Shown: piece by piece, positions 9,590 to 19,971 of the stretch
Position numbering within the stretch: position 1 is the first letter of the stretch
How the letters are laid out: every line of letters starts with the position of its first letter
DNA from: an uncultured delta proteobacterium
Lineage (GTDB): Bacteria > Desulfobacterota > Binatia > Binatales > Binataceae
Reading direction: 5' to 3'
Length of the DNA: 64,000 bases
NCBI GenBank assembly: GCA_963808235.1
Contig: CAWEEQ010000004.1
Coordinates: 320,001-384,000 of the forward strand
Made by a program: the position numbers and the translations under genes
The notes under the pieces: generated by a model
What the model was told of the DNA's origin: nothing
Seen by the model: only the letters and a program-made list of their open reading frames with translations
Database searches by the model: none

Positions 9590-11281
9590 ATGTCTGCGCA
9601 TCGCAACGAAAGTAAACTCTCGCGAAAAATTGTACGCTCAATCATTGTCGCCTTCGCGCTCGTGCTGGTCGGCGCAATCTCCACGCCGCGCGCGCAAGCC
9701 AACGCATCATTGTACGAACAGACGACCCGCGCCCACCGCAGGCATTCCAATGTCAATGGCAACGGCGCTACCAAGACGCCCGCGATCGTCACCGAGAGCG
9801 GGCCGCTCAAGGGCGTCGTCAACGGGAACATCACTGAGTTCCTCGGAATCCCCTACGCCGCACCGCCGGTCGGCAATCGGCGCTGGACGCCTCCGCAGCC
9901 GTTCGGCAGATGGCACGGCGTGCTCGACGCGTCGTCGTTCGGAAACGTATGCACGCAAGGCGGCAGGGGCAGCGAGGACTGTCTGTTCCTGAACATCTAT
10001 GTGCCCAACTTCAAGAAGAACGCCAACCAGCATGGCGGCGCGCTACCCGTGATGTTCTGGATTCACGGCGGCGGCCTCACCGGCGGCGCCGGCTCCGACT
10101 ATGATCCTACTCCGCTCGTCAACCAGGGTGTGATGGTCGTCACGATCAACTACCGCCTCGGATACCTCGGCTTCTTCGCGCAGACCGCAATCGACGGCGA
10201 GGGTCATGAGAACGGGAATTACGGCCTGATGGATCAGCAGTTCGCGATGCACTGGGTGCAGAACAACATCGCTGCCTTCGGCGGCGATCCCGGCAACGTC
10301 ACGATCTTCGGCGAATCCGCCGGCGGACACAGCGTCTATAGCCAGCTCGCCTCGCCGACCGCGGCCGGGCTATTCGCGCACGCGATCGCCGAAAGCGGCT
10401 CCTACATCATCTTCGAGAATTTTCTCCAGGCGATCATACCGATCTCCGAGGCCGAGACGACTGACGACGGCCTGGTACCCTCCGGTGCCGAAATCGCCGA
10501 CTCTGTGGGATGCACCAGTCAGACCGCTGCGTGCCTGCGCGCGGTTTCCAACACCGAGCTGGTCAACGTCGAGGCCGGCACTTTGTACGCTTTCGTCGAC
10601 GGCACGCTGCTTACCGAGACGCCCCAGGCCGCCTTCCAGACCGGCAACTTCAACCGGGTCCCTGTGATCGCGGGCACCAATCACGACGAATGGCGCATCT
10701 TCGTCGCCGACGAGTACGACCTCGTCGGTAATCCGATCCTCACCGAGGGTGAATATGACGACGCAGTCCTCGTGCTGTGGAAGAGTATGCTCGCGCCGTT
10801 CGTCGAGTTCCTCTATCCCTATGCAAGCTTTCCGAGCGGTGGCGTCGCCCTCGGCGCTTCCGGTACTGACGGGATCTTCGCTTGCGGGGCGCGCCAGGCG
10901 GACATATCGCTCTCGCAGTTCACAACCACCTATGCTTATGAGTTCAACGATGAGAACGCGCCGCCCCCGCAGTCGCAAATTCCCGGTTTGACCTTCCCTC
11001 TGGGCGCGTTCCACAGCGCCGAATTGCAGTACCTGTTCAACGTCGGGTTCTTCTTCGAGCTCGATGCCGAACAGCTGGAGCTGTCGGCTGCGATGGTCAG
11101 TTACTGGACGCACTTCGCGGCCACCGGCGATCCCAACAGCCCCTCCACGCCGACCTGGTCGCCCTACAATCCGGGTACCGACATGTTCCAGTCGTTGATT
11201 CCGCCGACTCCGACCGTCGAAGCCACCGACAGCTTCGACCTCGACCATATGTGCTCCGAATTCTGGGACATTATCCCTTGA
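9590..11281 (+). CDS. Secreted type-B carboxylesterase
   Basis: FLGIPYA, SEDCLFLNI, WIHGGG, GESAG nucleophile, HDE and FHSAEL; signal peptide; GGAGG RBS. Confidence 0.92.
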   Translation: MSAHRNESKLSRKIVRSIIVAFALVLVGAISTPRAQANASLYEQTTRAHRRHSNVNGNGATKTPAIVTESGPLKGVVNGNITEFLGIPYAAPPVGNRRWTPPQPFGRWHGVLDASSFGNVCTQGGRGSEDCLFLNIYVPNFKKNANQHGGALPVMFWIHGGGLTGGAGSDYDPTPLVNQGVMVVTINYRLGYLGFFAQTAIDGEGHENGNYGLMDQQFAMHWVQNNIAAFGGDPGNVTIFGESAGGHSVYSQLASPTAAGLFAHAIAESGSYIIFENFLQAIIPISEAETTDDGLVPSGAEIADSVGCTSQTAACLRAVSNTELVNVEAGTLYAFVDGTLLTETPQAAFQTGNFNRVPVIAGTNHDEWRIFVADEYDLVGNPILTEGEYDDAVLVLWKSMLAPFVEFLYPYASFPSGGVALGASGTDGIFACGARQADISLSQFTTTYAYEFNDENAPPPQSQIPGLTFPLGAFHSAELQYLFNVGFFFELDAEQLELSAAMVSYWTHFAATGDPNSPSTPTWSPYNPGTDMFQSLIPPTPTVEATDSFDLDHMCSEFWDIIP

Positions 11282-11298
11282 TCTGAATCTCCTGCCGA

Positions 11299-11325
11299 GG
11301 GGGGACGTTCTCGTCCCCCCAATTT
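11299..11325 (+). terminator. Probable intrinsic terminator after the esterase
   Basis: GGGGGGACG-TTCT-CGTCCCCCC hairpin followed by AATTT (weak U-tract). Confidence 0.55.
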
Positions 11326-11456
11326 CTCGAAAGATATACGGCGAGGCCGCAATGGCCCCGCCGTATGATTTTAGGCGCCGCCTTCAAACGCTTGCGCTCG
11401 GCGACAGACTCTCGCTATGCGTCGAAGTGAACTCGCATCCAAGGCAAGCCGCAGCT

Positions 11457-12275
11457 ATGAACCCCGAATCATCGAACGTCGAATACGAGCTTGAAGATTC
11501 AATCGCCACGATACGGCTGAATCGGCCCGAAAAGCTCAACGCGTTTACCTTCGCGATGATCGAACAAATTCGTGATGCGGTCGAGCGCGCCGCCGCGGAC
11601 GAAAGCGTGGTCGCCATCATTATTACCGGAACCGGTCGGGCGTTTTCCGCCGGCCTCGACGCCGCGGATCTCGCCCGCTCGACCTCAGTTGGTGTCATCT
11701 CGAGCGCTCGCGATTCAGATCCCGGCGAGATGCCCGCGCTGTTCAGCTATTTGCTGCACGTCCCCAAGCCAATCATCGCTGCCGTCAACGGTGTCGCCGC
11801 GGGAGGCGGATTCGTTCTCGCGATGATGTGCGATCTGCGCTTCGCATCGTCCGACGCAAGTTTCACCACCGTATTTTCGAAACGCGGGCTTATCGCCGAG
11901 CATGGCACCGCGTGGCTGTTGCCGCGCATCGTCGGCACCAGTCGCGCTCTCGATCTGCTCTGGAGCTCGCGACGTTTTGATGCTGCCGAGGCGTATCGAA
12001 TTGGATTGGTCGATCGCGTCACGCCGCGTGAAAATCTGCTCGACCAGACCCGCGCCTATCTGCGCGAACTCTCGGCGAACATCTCGCCCAACTCGCTCGC
12101 CGTGATCAAATCCGAGGTCTATCGCCACTGGTCGCTTGCGATGGAACCCGCGTTCCGTGACGCGCACGATCTGATGACCGCCGCGCTCAAGCATCCCGAC
12201 GCCGCAGAGGGCGTCGCCTCGTTCGTCGAGCATCGCCCGCCGCGCTTCAAGCGCATCAAAGGAGAAAAGCCGTGA
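11457..12275 (+). CDS. Enoyl-CoA hydratase/isomerase (crotonase)
   Basis: LNRPEKLNA, FSAGLD, KPIIAAVNG.AAGGG, CDLRF. Confidence 0.92.
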   Translation: MNPESSNVEYELEDSIATIRLNRPEKLNAFTFAMIEQIRDAVERAAADESVVAIIITGTGRAFSAGLDAADLARSTSVGVISSARDSDPGEMPALFSYLLHVPKPIIAAVNGVAAGGGFVLAMMCDLRFASSDASFTTVFSKRGLIAEHGTAWLLPRIVGTSRALDLLWSSRRFDAAEAYRIGLVDRVTPRENLLDQTRAYLRELSANISPNSLAVIKSEVYRHWSLAMEPAFRDAHDLMTAALKHPDAAEGVASFVEHRPPRFKRIKGEKP

Positions 12276-13054
12276 GCAGCGCCCGCTTCGAAACGATCAT
12301 CTATGAGAAATCGGGACCGGTCGCGCGGCTCACGATGAATCGTCCCGACCGGCTCAATGGAATGACCAATCGGATGCTTATCGAGACGCGAAAAGCTCTC
12401 GAGGCCGCCGCCGAAGACCGCGAGCTTAGAGTGCTGGTCCTGACCGGCGCGGGCAAAGGCTTCTGCCCCGGCGCGGATATCGGCCAGGTCGCGTCGGGTG
12501 CTCCCGACGCTCCTCTCACCGCGGACGATTTCCGCGTCCCGGTGCTTCTCCACCAGATGCCTGCGGTCACGATTGCTGCCGTCAACGGCGCTTGCGCGGG
12601 CGCGGGCCTCGGATGGGCGCTCGGGTGCGACTTCAGATTTGCCGCAGAGTCGGCGCGCTTCAACGTCGCGTTTCTGGACGTCGGCGTTGCCGGCGACATG
12701 GGCGGACCGTGGAGCCTCGCGCGAATCGTCGGTCCAGCGCGGGCTCGCGAACTATATTTTCTTCAAGGCAAGTTCGACGCCGCCGAGGCGCTTAAGATTG
12801 GACTGGTCAGCCGCGTCTTTCCCGATGATCGATTTCGCGATGAGGTCGATGCGCTCGTCAATCGCCTTGCCGATTCAGCGCCGATCGCGCTGCGCACGAT
12901 GAAGGCCAACTTCGTTGACTCGGAGCGCCTGGACTTCGCCGCTTACGTCGCGCTCGAAACCGAGCGCCATATCAAAATGTTCGAGACTGAAGACACCCGC
13001 GAGGCATTCGCCGCCAAAGCGCAAAAGCGCAAGCCTCAATTCAGAGGTCGATAA
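12272..13054 (+). CDS. Enoyl-CoA hydratase/isomerase (crotonase)
   Basis: GTGA overlap with the previous gene; NRPDRLN, FCPGAD, AAVNGACAGAG. Confidence 0.92.
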   Translation: MSSARFETIIYEKSGPVARLTMNRPDRLNGMTNRMLIETRKALEAAAEDRELRVLVLTGAGKGFCPGADIGQVASGAPDAPLTADDFRVPVLLHQMPAVTIAAVNGACAGAGLGWALGCDFRFAAESARFNVAFLDVGVAGDMGGPWSLARIVGPARARELYFLQGKFDAAEALKIGLVSRVFPDDRFRDEVDALVNRLADSAPIALRTMKANFVDSERLDFAAYVALETERHIKMFETEDTREAFAAKAQKRKPQFRGR

Positions 13055-13089
13055 CTGTTAATCGTTAGCCGCTAACAGGAGAGTTGCCC

Positions 13090-13860
13090 ATGTGGCTAAG
13101 ACTTAGACAAATCGCACTCGTCGCCCACAAACTCGGCGAGATCACCCAGGACCTCCACGACGTATTCGGCCTCGAGGTTGGCTTTCGCGATCCGGGCGTA
13201 AAAGTCTTCGGACTCGAGAACGCTCTCTTCCCGGTCGGCAATCAGTTCATCGAGGTCGTTTCGCCGATTCAGGAGAATACCGCCGGCGGACGCTATCTCG
13301 ATCGCCGCGGCGGCGACGGCGGCTACATGGTCATCTGCCAGTGCGACGATCACGCGCCGCGCAAGCGCCGGGTCGCCGAACTCGGCATCCGCAAGGTGGC
13401 GGAGACCAACGGCCATGAGTACTCGGTGATGCAATTGCATCCGCGCGACACCGGCGGCAGCTTCCTCGAAATCGATTTTCAGAAGGGCGGCGACGATATC
13501 AACGGACCATGGGAGCCGGCCGGCAAGGACTTCCATAAAGCGATTCGCACCGGCGTCATCAACGCAATCGCCGCCGCCGAAATCCAGTCGCCAAATCCAA
13601 AAGACCTGGCCGAGCGATGGAGCAAAATAATCGAGATCCCCGTAAAGCCCGACAATTCAGGCAACCCGAGCCTGCGCCTGGAAAATGCGACTATTCGCTT
13701 CGTCAAGGACACCGACAGCCGCGGCGAAGGCCTGGCCGGCCTCGATCTCGTCGCCGCCAACCGCACCCGCGCGATAGAAGCCGCCACCCGCCTGGGCAAG
13801 CTCAGTCCCGAGGGCACAATCCAAATCTGCGGCATGCGCATGAACCTGGTCGACGCCTAG
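13090..13860 (+). CDS. VOC / glyoxalase-like domain protein
   Basis: RLRQIALVA, FGLENA, FIEVVSP, RYLDRRGGDGGYMVI, QLHPRD; AGGAG RBS. Confidence 0.75.
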   Translation: MWLRLRQIALVAHKLGEITQDLHDVFGLEVGFRDPGVKVFGLENALFPVGNQFIEVVSPIQENTAGGRYLDRRGGDGGYMVICQCDDHAPRKRRVAELGIRKVAETNGHEYSVMQLHPRDTGGSFLEIDFQKGGDDINGPWEPAGKDFHKAIRTGVINAIAAAEIQSPNPKDLAERWSKIIEIPVKPDNSGNPSLRLENATIRFVKDTDSRGEGLAGLDLVAANRTRAIEAATRLGKLSPEGTIQICGMRMNLVDA

Positions 13861-13873
13861 CTCGATCCGAATA

Positions 13874-13932
13874 CCTCGCCCGTTATTTTTACGGGAGAGG
13901 AAGCCGGCCGCCCGGCGGCCGGCAGGTGAGGG
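13874..13932 (+). repeat. REP-like family A copy (CCTC.CCC..GGGAGAGG-hairpin-GGTGAGGG)
   Basis: CCTCGCCCGT..ACGGGAGAGG-A-AGCCGGCCGCCCGGCGGCCGGCA-GGTGAGGG; same layout as copies at 27193, 59010, 59390, 59522, 60565 and 60938. Confidence 0.75.
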
Positions 13933-14080
13933 TGCAGGGGACCACGCGCGACGTGCTCGCTTCGCGCATTCCTTCGCGCACCCTTGCCTCGTTTTGGAAT
14001 CGACAATACATTTGGACGCAAATCGCGCCTGTCTTAGAGGCGACGGATATCACTGGCACTTGGCAACGGGGGAGTTTGCG

Positions 14081-14218
14081 ATGCGCCAAAAGAATATTCG
14101 CTCTATAGCTTTCTGGCTTCTGGTCATCAGTTCTTTATTGTCGCTCTACACACTTCGCTCGCGCGCCGACCAGGGCATGAAGACTACTCACGCGATAGGG
14201 ATGAACCGTTCAGCCTGA
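14081..14218 (+). CDS. Putative 45-aa membrane or secreted peptide
   Basis: GGGGGAG RBS, basic N-terminus and one hydrophobic helix (IAFWLLVISSLLSLY). Confidence 0.4.
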   Translation: MRQKNIRSIAFWLLVISSLLSLYTLRSRADQGMKTTHAIGMNRSA

Positions 14219-14278
14219 ACGCGGCATTGTTGACCTGCTATTCCTACAGCATAGACAACAGTCACGCTCTTAACTCTT

Positions 14279-14304
14279 TAGTGGCACGGGCGTCCCTGCC
14301 CGTG
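14279..14304 (+). repeat. REP-like family B (GTGG + hairpin)
   Basis: TAGTGGCACGGGCGTCCCTGCCCGTG, identical 26-mer at 59141-59166. Confidence 0.8.
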
Positions 14305-14420
14305 ATAAACGCTGCAAGCTTCTCCGCCAAAAATAATTTGACGGAACGAAGCTACACATAGAGAGCGGCAGTCCTAAAACCACAACAGGTGGGTAGAAGT
14401 CCAACAAAGGGGAATGCGAG

Positions 14421-14699
14421 ATGTATGAAATCAAATCAGTTGATATTTTCCAGACAGCATGGGTGATGGCGCTGCTTTATGCGATCTTTGCGGAAATCTT
14501 CGGTCTGTTCGTTGGCTTTGTCGCGCTCGTGGATGGAGATCCAGGACGCGCGATGTTTGCAATTTTCTTACTCCCACTCATTTGCGGCTTCATTAGTTTG
14601 ATAAGTAACGCGCTCCTCTGTCGGCTCTACAACGAGATTGCTGGCCGCATTGGCGGCATCGCATTTGAATTTGCTCCCAAAACACCGGGATCAAACTGA
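14421..14699 (+). CDS. Small two-helix membrane protein (DUF3566-like)
   Basis: EIKSVD at the N-terminus, two TM segments, LYNxIAxRIGGI at the C-terminus. Confidence 0.6.
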   Translation: MYEIKSVDIFQTAWVMALLYAIFAEIFGLFVGFVALVDGDPGRAMFAIFLLPLICGFISLISNALLCRLYNEIAGRIGGIAFEFAPKTPGSN

Positions 14700-14800
14700 A
14701 CCAGTGCCAACAAGTGGTATAAATCGCTCGTTTTAGAAGGAAAATTAAAGATCAGAAAAAGTACAAATGAAACGCTTTTGGAACCACCTCGCGAGCGCCG

Positions 14801-15445
14801 CTAACTCAATTTCATCCCCGTGGCGGCCTCGAGTTCCGCGATCGCCTGCGCACCGCTCTCCACCTTGATCGTCGTCATACCCATCGCGCGCGCCGGCTTC
14901 AGATTGCCGCCCAGGTCGTCTACGTAGATGCACGCGCCGGGCGCTACGCCGAGCAGTTCGCACATCATCGTGTAGATGCGCGGATCGGGTTTGCGGATAC
15001 CAGCCTTCGACGACTCGATCACCGCTTCGAACAGTTCCATGATCTCGCGCGCATAGATCGAGCGACTCGTCGCCGCGATGCCCGCCGCGTCCGACGGCAT
15101 GTTGTTCGTGATGCATCCGGTCTTGAACCGGCTCTTTATCCGCCGCAGCGCCTCAATCATCTCGGGCCGAAACTCGCCCGCCAGCAGCGGCAGAACCTCG
15201 CGCCCCGGTATCTCGTAGCCGAGCAGTCTGGCCTCTGCCGCGAACGCCTCGTCGAAGCCGGCAAAGTCCAGCGCCGAGCGCTCGAACCTCGCCCACGCAT
15301 TGTTCTCATGATTGGTCGAATTGATCTTGCGGATCACTCCGACCGGGATACCCCTCTCGCGCTCGTAACGCGCGAACGCCTCGAACGGCGAGGTCGTGAA
15401 CACTCCGCCGAAATCCCATATCACCGCCTCGATCATGGCACTCAT
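14801..15445 (-). CDS. HAD-superfamily hydrolase (subfamily IA)
   Basis: WDFGGV, ITNN, RKPDPRIY, YVDD..N. Confidence 0.9.
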   Translation of the reverse strand: MSAMIEAVIWDFGGVFTTSPFEAFARYERERGIPVGVIRKINSTNHENNAWARFERSALDFAGFDEAFAAEARLLGYEIPGREVLPLLAGEFRPEMIEALRRIKSRFKTGCITNNMPSDAAGIAATSRSIYAREIMELFEAVIESSKAGIRKPDPRIYTMMCELLGVAPGACIYVDDLGGNLKPARAMGMTTIKVESGAQAIAELEAATGMKLS

Positions 15446-15570
15446 AATTCGGAACGAATCGAACTTTGGCAACAGTGTCAACGCCGGTTGGGCAACAGGA
15501 AATATCGCAATCTCGAACGCTGGCGTTTGTCGGGATGCAGAGTCAGAATCCGGCGCAACGGAGGTCTGCT

Positions 15571-16596
15571 ATGTCCAGCCAAAGTTCCGATCCCTCGGCC
15601 AGCGCGCTCCTGGATTTGATCGCAGGGCATCGCGTTACAGCCGTCATCCACGTGGCTGCCAGGCTGGGCATCGCCGATCTCCTCCTCGAAGGTCCTAAGA
15701 CCGCCGTAGAGTTGTCGCGCTTGACCGACACCCACAATCGATCGCTGCTCCGGTTGATGCGCGCGTTGGTCGCACTGGCGATCTGCACGGAAGGCGCGGA
15801 CGGCAGCTTCAACCTCACGAAAGTGGGAACCTATCTGGCTGCCAAATCGGAGCGCTCTCTGAAGGCATGGGTGCTGCTGGAGGGCGAGATGCTGCAGCCC
15901 GGATGGACCGGGCTGATCGAGTCGATTCGCACCGGAAAGACAACAGGTGAGCTTGCAGGGCTTGGCCAGGAACAGTTTGAGGTAATCGCTAAGACTAAGA
16001 ACGCCGGATTGTTCAACGAAGCGATGGTCTCGATGACGCGGATGGAGGTTCCGGCGGTGCTAGCAGCTTACGACTTCTCGGGGATCTCGACGCTGATGGA
16101 TGTCGGCGGCGGACTGGGCCAGTTGATGAGCGCGATCTTGACGAAGTATCCAACCATGTGCGGCATGGTTTTCGATTTGCCCCACTGCGCGGACGGGGCG
16201 CGGAAGAACCTTTCTCACGCCGGTGTGATCGATCGATGCGAATTCATCGCAGGAAGTTTCTTCGAATCGGTGCCAACCGGTGCCGACGCAATCATCATGA
16301 AGAGCATAATCCACGACTGGAACGATGAACGCTGCGTGCGCATTCTTGAGAACTGCCATCGCGTGCTGACGCCCGGAGCGCGCTTGATGCTGATCGATCG
16401 AGTCATGCCTGAGAAGCTCGATCCTGGCGCCGGCGATCGCTTCGTCGTTTTGGACGATCTGAACATGTTGCGCGGACCCGGTGGATGCGAACGGACTCCG
16501 GGCGAGTTCCGCGCCCTACTGGCGCAAGGCGGCTTCACCATGCGACGGATAGTTCCCACTGGCCGCTACAGCGTGATCGAATCAGCCGCCGCGTGA
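15571..16596 (+). CDS. O-methyltransferase (Methyltransf_2 with dimerisation domain)
   Basis: MDVGGGLG, FDLP, AGSFF, IIHDWND, ERT; GGAGG RBS. Confidence 0.9.
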   Translation: MSSQSSDPSASALLDLIAGHRVTAVIHVAARLGIADLLLEGPKTAVELSRLTDTHNRSLLRLMRALVALAICTEGADGSFNLTKVGTYLAAKSERSLKAWVLLEGEMLQPGWTGLIESIRTGKTTGELAGLGQEQFEVIAKTKNAGLFNEAMVSMTRMEVPAVLAAYDFSGISTLMDVGGGLGQLMSAILTKYPTMCGMVFDLPHCADGARKNLSHAGVIDRCEFIAGSFFESVPTGADAIIMKSIIHDWNDERCVRILENCHRVLTPGARLMLIDRVMPEKLDPGAGDRFVVLDDLNMLRGPGGCERTPGEFRALLAQGGFTMRRIVPTGRYSVIESAAA

Positions 16597-16679
16597 TCTC
16601 CATCGGTTTGAGAATCGCCGGACATTGGTGCTTAAATCGAATCGTCTCCGAACGTCGCTCAGCCAATAGAGGAACCCTC

Positions 16680-17858
16680 ATGGCATACGCACCCGCCAAC
16701 CGCCCGTTCTACGACGCCGACAGCCACATCATGGAGCTTCCGGATTTCCTGCAGAAGTTCGCCGATCCGGATCTGCGCAAAGACATCCCGGCGGTAAGCT
16801 ACAGCGCCTCGCTCGTCACCGATGAGGAAGTCGCGGAGATCATGGCGCGCGGTGGACGGCACAGCGACGAGCATCTGGCCGAGCTTCGTGGAATGGGCGA
16901 TCGTTTGATCGAACTCTCCAAAGAGATCCAGGCGCTGGGTGCATTCGACGGCCGCGAACGCAAGGATGCGCTCGACATGCTGGGCTTCAAGAAGCAGCTC
17001 GTGTTCGCGACTCACAGTGTCGCGATGCCGTTCTCAGCGAGCTCGAAAATCGAGCCGCGGCTGCGCTACGGCGCGACGCGCGCGCACAATCGTCACATCG
17101 CGGATTTCTGCTCCCACGACGATCGCCTGATGGGCGTCGCGATCGTGCCGCTCGACGAGCCCGAATTTGCGATGCAGGAGTTGGACTTCGCGCTCAAGAA
17201 CGATCTGGAGGCCATCTGGATTCCCCATCGCCCGTGCGGCGATAGATCGCCCGGACATATCGAGTTCGATCCCTTCTGGGCAAGGCTCGTCGAGGCGAAT
17301 ACCGCATTTGTTTTGCATGTAGGCGGTTCGCCGTTGCAGCTCGCCAAGGCGTGGACGAACAATGGCAGGCCGCCCGCGAAAGATTGGATGGGCGGAGGCG
17401 AGAACCTTCGCACCAAGGATGCCGCCGTGCTCCACGGAGGTCCGGAGACGTTCCTCTCGATGATGCTGATCGACGGCGTCTTCGAGCGCTTCCCGAAATT
17501 GCGCGGCGCCTGCGTCGAGTTGGGCGCCGGATGGGTACCCTCGATGCTGGTGCGCCTGGACTGGGTTGCGCGGATTTGGGGCAGAACCGACGCCAGCCTG
17601 GCCCGTTTCACACGCAAGCCCTCCCAGCAACTCACCCAGCAGATGGCGTTCACGCCGTTTGTCTTCGAGGACGTCGGCGCACTGATCGATCAGTCGAATC
17701 CCGATTTGTATCTTTTCTCGACCGACTATCCTCATACCGAAGGTGGCCGAAACCCGATCGCACGCTTCGAGACGACCCTCGGGAATCGTTCCGAGGCGAT
17801 TCGCGACCGTTTCTATTCGGAGAACTTTCTGCGGATATTCCCCGACGCCCGCTCTTAG
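16680..17858 (+). CDS. Amidohydrolase family 2 protein
   Basis: DADSH, LHVG, GVFERFPKLR..ELGAGW, FSTDYPHTEG. Confidence 0.9.
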   Translation: MAYAPANRPFYDADSHIMELPDFLQKFADPDLRKDIPAVSYSASLVTDEEVAEIMARGGRHSDEHLAELRGMGDRLIELSKEIQALGAFDGRERKDALDMLGFKKQLVFATHSVAMPFSASSKIEPRLRYGATRAHNRHIADFCSHDDRLMGVAIVPLDEPEFAMQELDFALKNDLEAIWIPHRPCGDRSPGHIEFDPFWARLVEANTAFVLHVGGSPLQLAKAWTNNGRPPAKDWMGGGENLRTKDAAVLHGGPETFLSMMLIDGVFERFPKLRGACVELGAGWVPSMLVRLDWVARIWGRTDASLARFTRKPSQQLTQQMAFTPFVFEDVGALIDQSNPDLYLFSTDYPHTEGGRNPIARFETTLGNRSEAIRDRFYSENFLRIFPDARS

Positions 17859-18100
17859 CCGCCCGCGGCGAAACGTCAACACATCCGCACGACCGGCAAA
17901 TTTTTCCGCCCTTGGTGTTACGTCGAAGCCGGAAACGTCAGGAGCCCAGTCGGGGGCAAAGAGTTTCGCAATGAATCCGCGCAAATTGTGACCGGCTAAT
18001 AACGTTAACTCTCGTTGACTTTGGCGTATTTCTTGCTACATCCATGACGTATTGTGCGGTCGGCAGCCCACGTTTCGGGAGAGGATAGTCGGTAACCCTC

Positions 18101-18799
18101 ATGAGCAATTTTGGCGATCAGACTCAAAGGCTTCTCCTGGTTGTTCGCAGCGGGAAATTCGCGGCGCTCGCCAATGAACTCGCCAAGCGGGTGTTTTCAA
18201 ATAGTGAATCGTATCTGCTCCGCCGCGATTTGAGCGTCCCGTTTCACGCTGTTCCGGCAAAACAGCCGATCGAAGTCAGGCCGATCACCGACGCCGACGT
18301 GCCCGAGATTCTCAAAGCTCGTCCGGGTCGCCTCGCAATCCTGCGTGCCAAAATCCCAACCTGCTATGTGGCCGTCACCGCGAGCGGCGAGCTTGCCTAC
18401 ATGCAATGGCTGGTCGCGCACGGTGATATCGAGCGATTCAAGCAGTTCTTCGATGGTGAATTGCGAGACCTGAACAAAGACGAAGTCCTACTTGAATTCG
18501 CCTACACCTTCGAGCGATTTCGTGGACAGAAAATAATGCCGGCGGCGATGGCCGCGATTGCTGAGAAGGGTTTGCTGACTGGCGCCCGCTATGCCGTTAC
18601 CTACGTACAGAAGACCAATGTTGCGGCCCTGAAGGGATGCGCTGCGGCTGGCTTCTCTCCCTACATGACCCGCGAAGAAAAATGGAGGGCCTTCTCGTTC
18701 AAGGAGTCCTTCAAGAGTCTCCCCGACGGCGCGCGTTATCCGTTCGAGAAAGCGGACCCGCAACCGGCCGATGGAATCGGAGTGCCGTCGAAGACCTGA
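18101..18799 (+). CDS. GNAT-family N-acetyltransferase
   Basis: AYTFERFRGQK acetyl-CoA motif A; N.AAL....AAGF. Confidence 0.7.
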   Translation: MSNFGDQTQRLLLVVRSGKFAALANELAKRVFSNSESYLLRRDLSVPFHAVPAKQPIEVRPITDADVPEILKARPGRLAILRAKIPTCYVAVTASGELAYMQWLVAHGDIERFKQFFDGELRDLNKDEVLLEFAYTFERFRGQKIMPAAMAAIAEKGLLTGARYAVTYVQKTNVAALKGCAAAGFSPYMTREEKWRAFSFKESFKSLPDGARYPFEKADPQPADGIGVPSKT

Positions 18800-18831
18800 G
18801 CGCAACGGCATTTGCGCCGGCGTTGGTAAGA

Positions 18832-19971
18832 CTACGAAAGATACTCGCCCAGCACGTCGACGCTCTCCTTCGCCAGCAGTTTGAGTTTGGCAACCGGCTC
18901 ACCATCCATTGACGGACGCGGCTGCTTCCAGACCTCGTCGACAGCGCCAATGATCGCGCCGGTATTCAGATCGCGCCAATCAAACACACGATCGCCAAAG
19001 CCCGCGCGCTGCATGTGATCCAGCATCCTGGTTTCGTATGCGATCGCGACTATCGGAGTTCCGGCGGCGGTCGCCGAAACCGCCGAGCCCAGCCGGCACG
19101 CGAGCATCAGATTGCAATGCGCCACCATGCCGTTCACTTCGCGCGCCGAATAGCGCCGGCTCAGAAGCTTCACGCGGCCGGGCTGGTGCGCATAGCGCCT
19201 GACGCTCGCGAACGTCGTCAAGTCTTCCTGGTAGGTCGGATGCATCGGGATCACGGCCACTTGGGCCAGCTTTTCCAGATGCGCGACTACCCGGGCCAGG
19301 GCCTCGTTCGACTTAACGGCGATCTGGTCGTCGTAGTAGTGAGTCCGCCTGACCCACGCCGGCATCTCGGAATGGACATAGCGGGTGCTGAGTCCGATCA
19401 GCGGTTCATGCGGATCGATTCCTTCGTTCTCCAAAAGGCGATCGACTTCGCCCGGAGAACATGGCTCCAAAGTCAGGCGCGAATCCGCGAACACCCTGAT
19501 CGGTCGCGTGACGCCAAGTCGCGCGAGGACTTCCGCCGCGACCGGCTCTCTCACGCAGATGCGATCCATCTGAGCGAAGATGTTTTTGAAAACGAGCTCG
19601 CCCCATCGAGTCGTATAAGGAAAAACTGAAACCTGCCAGGCGATCATCGGGCGTCGATAAGCCTTGGCCATCGCGACCAGCGTCGCGCAGATCAAGGCCT
19701 GCTTCGGGCTCTCGAAGAAGATCCCGCCGAAGATCAAAAACAAGTCGGCCTTCTTCATCGCCTCCGCTACACGGCCAGGATGCGATTGGGTTACGACTTC
19801 TACCTCCAGGCCCTCCTTCGCGAGTACCTCGACAAGCTGCTGTCCGTATTGTGAAAAGAACGTGAGCCGGGCTGAAGGCGACAGTTTTCTTAATAGGCCG
19901 GTGATGGCGACGACCTGCGCTTCGTCATCGACCTTGTTCAGTGAAGCTCCCCAAATGCATATTCGACTCAT
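18832..19971 (-). CDS. Polysaccharide pyruvyl transferase family protein
   Basis: ADLFLIFGG.FF, ICVRE, FAD, ACRL.S, PIVAIAYE; ATGA overlap with the upstream GT4 gene. Confidence 0.75.
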   Translation of the reverse strand: MSRICIWGASLNKVDDEAQVVAITGLLRKLSPSARLTFFSQYGQQLVEVLAKEGLEVEVVTQSHPGRVAEAMKKADLFLIFGGIFFESPKQALICATLVAMAKAYRRPMIAWQVSVFPYTTRWGELVFKNIFAQMDRICVREPVAAEVLARLGVTRPIRVFADSRLTLEPCSPGEVDRLLENEGIDPHEPLIGLSTRYVHSEMPAWVRRTHYYDDQIAVKSNEALARVVAHLEKLAQVAVIPMHPTYQEDLTTFASVRRYAHQPGRVKLLSRRYSAREVNGMVAHCNLMLACRLGSAVSATAAGTPIVAIAYETRMLDHMQRAGFGDRVFDWRDLNTGAIIGAVDEVWKQPRPSMDGEPVAKLKLLAKESVDVLGEYLS

